A stretch of 53,851 bases of DNA, from NCBI GenBank assembly GCA_964353405.1, contig CAYGWJ010000073.1, positions 1-53,851 on the forward strand, written 5' to 3'. Shown piece after piece: positions 48,334 to 53,851 of the stretch. A program made the position numbers and the translations under genes. The notes under the pieces were generated by a model. The model searched no databases, was not told the origin of the DNA, and saw only the letters and a list, made by a program, of their open reading frames with translations. The stretch is from an uncultured Anaerolineae bacterium. Lineage in GTDB: Bacteria > Chloroflexota > Anaerolineae > Fen-1058. How positions within the stretch are numbered: the first letter of the stretch is position 1; every line of letters begins with the position of its first letter.

Positions 48334-51239
48334 GCACGCAACCACATGTCAACCCTTTCCGGGTGGGGACAGAAATTCGGGATCCAGCAGATTTTGTCGG
48401 ACGCACCGAAATCCTGCAAGCTATCTCTGCTGCGATGCGAAATCTCCAAAATGTATCTTTGCATGGTGAGCGACGAACTGGAAAAACGTCATTGCTGCTT
48501 TATCTGGCCCATCCTGCTTCTGCTTCGGTAATCGGACTGCCCTCAACTCATATCCCCGTGTATTTCAACTTTCAAGGCTTGGCCGCCAAAGCCAGCGCGG
48601 CTAGTATCTGGCAGGCTATTGCAGATGCCATTTCGATCCAGATCAAGCAGAGACACCCTGATGGGCAGGCTGAAGCAGAACGATTCCTGGCTACCATAGC
48701 CGCAGAGACCTCTGCCATGCCCGCAACTAGTTTTGGGCGAGCTCTTGCGCACCTAGGTAGCTCTGATCACAAGATTCACCTTCTGTTTGATGAATTTGAG
48801 CAAACAGCAGAAAACCCCGACCTGAGAGATATCTTTTACGACGAGCTTCGCAGCTTGCCCCAACGGGCAGGAAATACCTCCTATGTTATCGCCACCCGCA
48901 CAGGGCTGGCAACGCTTCAGCCAAAGTATAACAAGGTCAGTTCCCCCTTCTTCAATATTTTCACCACTATGATCCTGCATCCTTTCGAAGAAGATCAAGT
49001 TTACCACCTAATTTTTAAGTATCTTAATCGTTCAGGTCTTGGTTTTGTCGCAGAAAGACTGTGTACTCAGTCTCATTTCTTACATGAAGTGACAGGATAC
49101 CACCCCTTCTTTCTGCAGACTTTGTGTTACCACCTCTGTGAAAGGATAGATGAACCTGGCTGGCCATTGGGCAAGCCCCAACAGGAAGCACTGGCGGCTT
49201 TCGAAAACGACGCGGACCCTCATTTTAGGTATTATTGGGAACAATCATCTCCAGCAGAACGAGAGCTACTGGCAAAACTTGCTACTGGGCAGTCTGTTGA
49301 TTGGCATGAGACAAATGCAGAGCCTGTGCGCAAGGAACTGGAAGCGCGTTGCCTAGTTGTGCAGACTAATGAGCTTGAACCTGGATGGAGGTTGTTTTCT
49401 TCTGTTTTTGGCAGGTGGGTCGGGGCTCAGTTATTAAATGAAGCCAAGAAACAACAGCAGTTGGAAGAATGGTACAGGCAGGGCATTGCACATCTGGAGC
49501 GAGAACAGTGGTCTGAAGCTATTCAGTGCTTCGAGCACATTGTGAATGAAAATCCCGCTTATCACGACGCTGTCGAACGACTGGAGTATGCACGGCCACA
49601 GAAAGAGTTAGAGATCCTGTACACCCAAGGCCTCAGCTATATTCAACGAAGCAATTGGCAACAAGCAATCACCAAACTTGAGGCTGTGGTTCAACGGGAT
49701 AGCGGCTTTAAGGACGTAGCCGCCTGCTTGCAAGTGGCGCAGAGGCAGCAAGAAGCAGAGATTCTCTACAAACAAGGCAAAGATCGGTTTAATCGTGGTG
49801 AATGGTCCCAGGCGATTGAGCAACTTGAGCGTGTCCTGATACTGGTCCCGGGTTACAGAGACGTGGATGCGATGCTGACCCAAGCACGCCAGCAAGAAAG
49901 ATTACAGCAATTGTACCGCCAGGGTGAGGAGTATCTTAAAAAAGAGGAATGGCAGCAAGCCATTGACGCTTTTGATCAAGTTGTTGCCCTTGACAAAGAC
50001 TATATGGACACCCTGGCGAAACTGGATGAAGCGCACCGGCAGGCAGAATTGTTCGATCTCTATGACAGGGCTCAGTATTATGAGGAGAAGAAAAGATGGG
50101 CCGAAGCCGGAGACCTATACATCCAAATCTTGGCAAAGGACCGAGATTACCGAGATGTTGCCCGCCGACTGGCTGAGGTGCAACTCCAGAAGGAACTTGC
50201 AGCTCTCTACCTACAGGCAGAAGATGACTTGGCGCGAGGCGAATGGAACAAAGCAGCGGGAAAGTTTTATCAAGTCCTTAAGTTGAGTCCAGGGTACCGA
50301 GACGCTCAAGCCAAGCTGGTAGAAGCAGAGAAGAAGGCACGACTTCAGACCATTTACGATATGGCAATGCAGGATGCGAAACGGGAGAACTGGAAAGCTG
50401 CGGCCAGGAAGTTGAAAAGCATTCTGAGAGAAGAGCCGGCTTTTCCGGACGTCGAAGCAAAGCTGGAGTGGGTTGAACGGAATGAGAGACTGGCGGAGCG
50501 CTATCTACTGGCGATTAAGCGTTTGAAGACAAAGCAGTGGCAAGCGGCTATAGCGTTGTTAGAGCAGGTCCTGGCAGAAGATCCTAGTTACAAGGACGCA
50601 AGCGAGCAACTGGATGAGGCAAAGAGACATGCAAGCCGGGTGGAGCAGCCGGAGCCAAAATCTGAAAGTCAGGTTGGTCAAGTGCTTGGTCTTATCCTGG
50701 GGTTTATTGCAGTGGCCCTTACAATGTTTGCGGTTTGGAAGATCAATCCTGGACAACTGGTCCTGGTGATTGTTGGCGCTGGGGTGTCTATAATCGGTAT
50801 CCTCTTGACTTTTCTGTCTTCCAAGAAATTCGGCAAGGTGCCTGGATCGGTGGTATTCGTATTAGGCTTGGCGATATCTCTAATCGGTATGATACCAATC
50901 CCATCTTCCTCTAAGCTCGAAATCACCAGCGTCAATCTAGTTGAAGGAAAAGTGACTGGTAGAATGCTTGTCAATGAGCAACTACCCCAAGATGTAGCCG
51001 TTGAAGTTTACATGCGAACGGGAGGTGACAGAGGCTGGCTCTTGATCAACCCGAATCCTGGCTCTCACGATATACACCTGGACGATACTTGGACTTGGAC
51101 TGTTTATTTTGGTCAGGAGGTACATTTGGAGCCGGGGGAAAACTTGTCCTTTGCTGCACTTGTGCCGGTTGGGAAGATAAGTGAGCTTCCCGGGTCCCTA
51201 GCAGCTTGTCGGAGAGGCGTTTCGGAGTCTAGGCTTTAG
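48330..51239 (+). CDS. STAND-like P-loop NTPase + 8 TPR-like repeats + 3 TM helices + extracytoplasmic beta-rich tail
   Basis: ATGA overlap with the upstream gene. NPFRVGTEIRDPADFVGRTEIL...LHGERRTGKTSLLLYL (Walker A), KIHLLFDEFEQ (Walker B). Eight ~46-aa repeats (L..LY.QG......W..AI..LE.VL...P.Y.D....L..A). TM helices VLGLILGFIAVALTMFAVW, LVLVIVGAGVSIIGILLTFL, VVFVLGLAISLIGMIPI. Confidence 0.85.
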   Translation: MSTQPHVNPFRVGTEIRDPADFVGRTEILQAISAAMRNLQNVSLHGERRTGKTSLLLYLAHPASASVIGLPSTHIPVYFNFQGLAAKASAASIWQAIADAISIQIKQRHPDGQAEAERFLATIAAETSAMPATSFGRALAHLGSSDHKIHLLFDEFEQTAENPDLRDIFYDELRSLPQRAGNTSYVIATRTGLATLQPKYNKVSSPFFNIFTTMILHPFEEDQVYHLIFKYLNRSGLGFVAERLCTQSHFLHEVTGYHPFFLQTLCYHLCERIDEPGWPLGKPQQEALAAFENDADPHFRYYWEQSSPAERELLAKLATGQSVDWHETNAEPVRKELEARCLVVQTNELEPGWRLFSSVFGRWVGAQLLNEAKKQQQLEEWYRQGIAHLEREQWSEAIQCFEHIVNENPAYHDAVERLEYARPQKELEILYTQGLSYIQRSNWQQAITKLEAVVQRDSGFKDVAACLQVAQRQQEAEILYKQGKDRFNRGEWSQAIEQLERVLILVPGYRDVDAMLTQARQQERLQQLYRQGEEYLKKEEWQQAIDAFDQVVALDKDYMDTLAKLDEAHRQAELFDLYDRAQYYEEKKRWAEAGDLYIQILAKDRDYRDVARRLAEVQLQKELAALYLQAEDDLARGEWNKAAGKFYQVLKLSPGYRDAQAKLVEAEKKARLQTIYDMAMQDAKRENWKAAARKLKSILREEPAFPDVEAKLEWVERNERLAERYLLAIKRLKTKQWQAAIALLEQVLAEDPSYKDASEQLDEAKRHASRVEQPEPKSESQVGQVLGLILGFIAVALTMFAVWKINPGQLVLVIVGAGVSIIGILLTFLSSKKFGKVPGSVVFVLGLAISLIGMIPIPSSSKLEITSVNLVEGKVTGRMLVNEQLPQDVAVEVYMRTGGDRGWLLINPNPGSHDIHLDDTWTWTVYFGQEVHLEPGENLSFAALVPVGKISELPGSLAACRRGVSESRL

Positions 51240-51327
51240 CCGGTTTTGGCCGAAAATCGCCGCGTGCTCACCGGCTGAAGCCTCGATTCCGGCCCGTCAG
51301 GGTTCTCTCCGACAAGCTCCTAGGGGA
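51195..51327. repeat. ~133-bp nested inverted-repeat element spanning the stop of the STAND gene
   Basis: Outer arms 51195-51216 TCCCTAGCAGCTTGTCGGAGAG and 51305-51327 CTCTCCGACAAGCTCCTAGGGGA (one mismatch, one extra G). Inner arms 51231-51243 AGGCTTTAGCCGG and 51271-51283 CCGGCTGAAGCCT (12/13 plus a G-U pair). Confidence 0.85.
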
Positions 51328-51349
51328 TAGAGTTAGCAGAGATTACGGC

Positions 51350-52018
51350 GTGCTCAAAAAGGACCTGAAACCCCTGGTGTTCAAGGAGGATGTTGGTTGG
51401 ATATCCGGGGTGTATCGTGAACCGGCAAATACACCAACACCCACCCATACATCAACGGCCAGATCTACACAAACTATTGCACCCACGCCATCACCGACTA
51501 GTACACCAGCGCCATCCAGCTCACCAACATCTTCGCCAATACCGACACATTATCCTTCTCCGTCAGTTAGTCCCACACGCACGCCAACACCTATCGCTGT
51601 CCCGACACTAGCCTTATTGCCGGCTCCCAAGTTGATCAAGCCGGGGAATGATAGTGGCTGGACAATGGGGTTTGTCCAATTTGAGTGGACGTGGGATGGC
51701 AATCTCTCGAATGACAAATGGTATCTGATCCGTGTTGGCCCTGATCCGAATCTGGAGATGAACACAGCAACCGCAAAAACCTGGGAATCTGGTACCTCAT
51801 GGCAGACGAATGATGTAGGCGCACGTGCAGGTTGGTATTACGCTTACGTGGTCGTTATAGGCACTTGGCCCGGCAGTGCAGAAAGCTGCAAGCCTTACAT
51901 CTATGAAGCAGGCAAGAATGTCTGTTTCCGAGAAATAAGCGCAAGAAGTGAGAAACAGGAATTTTACTTTGTACCACCTGGTTCGGGTGCTCCTTCATGC
52001 CCGCCCGGTCATTGTTGA
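51350..52018 (+). CDS. Pro/Thr/Ser-linker protein with Cys-containing C-terminal domain; possibly the detached C-terminus of the upstream gene
   Basis: The GTG start has no convincing RBS and no signal peptide, yet the sequence looks extracytoplasmic (a long PTPTHTSTA...PSPTSTPAPSSSPTSSP linker, then WTMGFVQFEWTWDG...CKPYIYEAGKNVC...CPPGHC). The frame is open upstream to 51233. Confidence 0.55.
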   Translation: MLKKDLKPLVFKEDVGWISGVYREPANTPTPTHTSTARSTQTIAPTPSPTSTPAPSSSPTSSPIPTHYPSPSVSPTRTPTPIAVPTLALLPAPKLIKPGNDSGWTMGFVQFEWTWDGNLSNDKWYLIRVGPDPNLEMNTATAKTWESGTSWQTNDVGARAGWYYAYVVVIGTWPGSAESCKPYIYEAGKNVCFREISARSEKQEFYFVPPGSGAPSCPPGHC

Positions 52019-52089
52019 TGACGGAATATTTCGAGACAGTGATGCAATCAGTGAAATGATCTGATGGCTCAGACCACAGGGAGAGAGGA

Positions 52090-53493
52090 TTGAGATTGAA
52101 GATAGGAAAATGGTTGCCTAACATCTTGGAACCGATTGTAGCCCGTAAATGGCTACTCGTTTCAATATTTCTCGGCATCCTTCTCTTTGTCTCTGTTTAT
52201 GCTGTACTAGTATCGGAGAGAAGGCCCATTTTACATCTGGCCCAAAGTGACGCGCCTGATCCTGTTGAAGTTGGCAAAACGTTGGTATACCATATCACCT
52301 ATAGCAACACAGGGCAAGCTGCGGCGCATGGAGTGTTTATCACCGACACTTTCGATATGAACGTTACTCCCATAGCATTCTCGCAGCCTCCTCACACTAT
52401 AGATAGTCGCCAGGGGTCATGGAACATTGGTCAGGTGAAAGCAAACAGCAGTGGCGATGTTGTCATTACCGTAACGGTGAATAGCTCTCTTACAACTAGC
52501 CTCAAGTTGTCTAATCAGGTCAAGATAAGCAGTGATGAACTTCAGGCCATTGAGGACAGAGAACTCACACGAGTTATTGGAGTTCCGGTATTGAGCATAA
52601 GCCAAGTTGACCCGCCCGATCGAGTAGGACCAGGCGGAATACTGATCTACAGACTCACCTATAGCAATACTGGAACCGCCGCAGCTACGCAAGCGAGTGT
52701 CTATGACGAGTTTGATCCCAACGTCATGTTTGACGCAGGCAATTGTGCGCCTGTTCCAAGTATGTTAGGTCCGCGCTTGGCTCTTTGGAATATTGGGAAG
52801 CTGGAAGTGGGAGAGCAGGGAATGATCGAGTGTTCAGTTCAAGTAACAGACACGGTGTTGGGCTTCGCCGTGCTAAACAATGCCGCTTGGATTCAGAGCC
52901 ATGAAACGGATAAAGTAGAGGCACATACCAAGACCGTATTGAATAGCCCCGGAGTGCTCTGTAACGGCGACTTTGAAATGGGTGACTTGAGTTGTTGGAT
53001 CAAAATTGCCGCGCCCAACTTTCCTGTAGATGTCGTGAGACCCCTTACTGATCCAAATTATAACTGCTTTGATACCTATGCTGTGCGTATTGGAAATTCT
53101 GGATGGGTGCCCAATGGAAAGTTGGCAACGGGGCGCTATGGCATTGCACAGACTGTCCAGGTATCTGATATACCTTATCCAAAGCTGGAATTTGACTATT
53201 GCATGTATTCCTACGACGTAATGGAAGGTCCCTTTTCTCGCGACATTTACGATATTTTCGCAATTGCTGTAAACGACCTCTACACTTATACTTGGCGTAC
53301 TGGGAACCCTGGTCCGAATTTGGGCAATCCTTGGATGTCAGAACCTTCCCGAAAAGCTATTCGTCAATCCATCGATCTCTCAGACTACCGAGGAAAGACT
53401 GTAACCCTTTTCTTCCTAGTCTGGAACCAGATCTATCCTGAATTGAACACCTGGGTATATATAGACAATATTGACGGCGACTTTGCGCGTTGA
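52090..53493 (+). CDS. Membrane-anchored surface protein: two DUF11-like repeats + C-terminal jelly-roll/CBM-like domain
   Basis: TM anchor WLLVSIFLGILLFVSVYAVLV. DUF11-type units (DPVEVGKTLVYHITYSNTGQAAAHGVFITDTF..., DRVGPGGILIYRLTYSNTGTAAATQASVYDEF...). C-terminal CNGDFEMGDLSCW...VYIDNI. TTG start (52090 or 52096) after GGGAGAGAGGA. Confidence 0.75.
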   Translation: MRLKIGKWLPNILEPIVARKWLLVSIFLGILLFVSVYAVLVSERRPILHLAQSDAPDPVEVGKTLVYHITYSNTGQAAAHGVFITDTFDMNVTPIAFSQPPHTIDSRQGSWNIGQVKANSSGDVVITVTVNSSLTTSLKLSNQVKISSDELQAIEDRELTRVIGVPVLSISQVDPPDRVGPGGILIYRLTYSNTGTAAATQASVYDEFDPNVMFDAGNCAPVPSMLGPRLALWNIGKLEVGEQGMIECSVQVTDTVLGFAVLNNAAWIQSHETDKVEAHTKTVLNSPGVLCNGDFEMGDLSCWIKIAAPNFPVDVVRPLTDPNYNCFDTYAVRIGNSGWVPNGKLATGRYGIAQTVQVSDIPYPKLEFDYCMYSYDVMEGPFSRDIYDIFAIAVNDLYTYTWRTGNPGPNLGNPWMSEPSRKAIRQSIDLSDYRGKTVTLFFLVWNQIYPELNTWVYIDNIDGDFAR

Positions 53494-53503
53494 GCGGCGT
53501 TAG

Positions 53504-53851
53504 CGTTTATCAGTTTTCCTCTTTGGTGATCTGTGTCGCAAGATCAATATCTTGCGGCCCGATCGTCTACGCACACTGCCATTCAATGCCCAGGGCAAGA
53601 AAAGCCGCGCTCTGCACAGGCGCGAGCGCACACGAGTCAGCGAGTATGTCTCTGGCAACCTGACCACCGAAGAAGCGATTGAAGAGGCGATTCAGAAACT
53701 GCGTGACTGGCCGATCGAGCTTGTGCGACAACGCGACGAACTACGTCCCAAGGTCAGCGAGGCTCGCGAAGCGCTTGAGCACGACTTGTACGAGCAACTA
53801 GTATTACAGCGCAACATTAGCCTCCAGCTGTCTCAGCTTGGTCTTGCGGTG
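53504..53851 (+). CDS. Open reading frame running off the window; no canonical ATG, function unknown
   Basis: The frame is open from 53504 to the window end: ...RLRTLPFNAQGKKSRALHRRERTRVSEYVSGNLTTEEAIEEAIQKLRDWPIELVRQRDELRPKVSEAREALEHDLYEQLVLQRN... It looks helical/coiled-coil. GC is back at backbone level. Confidence 0.25.

Larger units (their letters stand above)
45439..53517. mobile_element. ~8.1 kb lower-GC genomic island bounded by imperfect direct repeats
   Basis: Left repeat 45439-45465 GCGGCGTTAG-ggtg-CGTTT-CAGTTTT. Right repeat 53494-53517 GCGGCGTTAG-CGTTT-at-CAGTTTT. GC drops visibly between them: sample lines counted at about 42-50%, against about 60-65% outside. No integrase seen inside. 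Confidence 0.5.

Overview
High-GC bacterial chromosomal window (about 60-65% GC by eye-count of sample lines). It probably comes from a filamentous Chloroflexota-type genome. That is an inference from gene content: giant DUF11/FG-GAP surface proteins, a Nif11-type peptide, and intergenic hairpins built from short repeated words.

Contents in order:
- An IS element plus a patch of decayed gene fragments (1-2.9 kb).
- A minus-strand housekeeping block: M19 dipeptidase, HAD hydrolase, M42 peptidase, a hypothetical gene, NUDIX hydrolase, LysM lipoprotein.
- A NarL-type two-component pair, split by a truncated Avd/IVS-like four-helix-bundle cassette flanked by inverted word arrays.
- A 2,129-aa secreted multidomain protein, followed by an orphan Nif11-leader peptide gene.
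- tpx and tatA-tatC-tatB.
- A GT4 glycosyltransferase and VanZ.
- A minus-strand operon: GT-C membrane protein, zinc-ribbon protein, Ser/Thr kinase, scpA.
- A 1,718-aa beta-helix/DUF11/Calx-beta/YVTN protein.
- rrf2-cydABDC.
- A cobalamin-riboswitch-led corrinoid uptake and salvage cluster (DUF4430, S-component-like, cobS, cbiR, cobU, cobT). A DUF4160/DUF2442 cassette was inserted at the 3' end of cobT.
- An ~8 kb lower-GC island (45.44-53.52 kb), bounded by imperfect direct repeats.

The island carries the strongest candidate for a new system, a translationally coupled three-gene operon:
1. A PNP/MTA-nucleosidase-fold protein with a C-terminal winged-helix domain.
2. A P-loop ATPase whose N-terminal winged helix is homologous to that domain.
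3. A second STAND-like P-loop ATPase with eight ~46-aa TPR-like repeats, three TM helices and an extracytoplasmic tail.

I read this as a candidate nucleotide-depleting, NTPase-gated conflict (anti-phage) system with an adaptor-recruited effector. I do not recognise the layout as any named system.

I recognised no rRNA, tRNA or CRISPR array by eye. All family names come from motif recognition and memory, not from searches.
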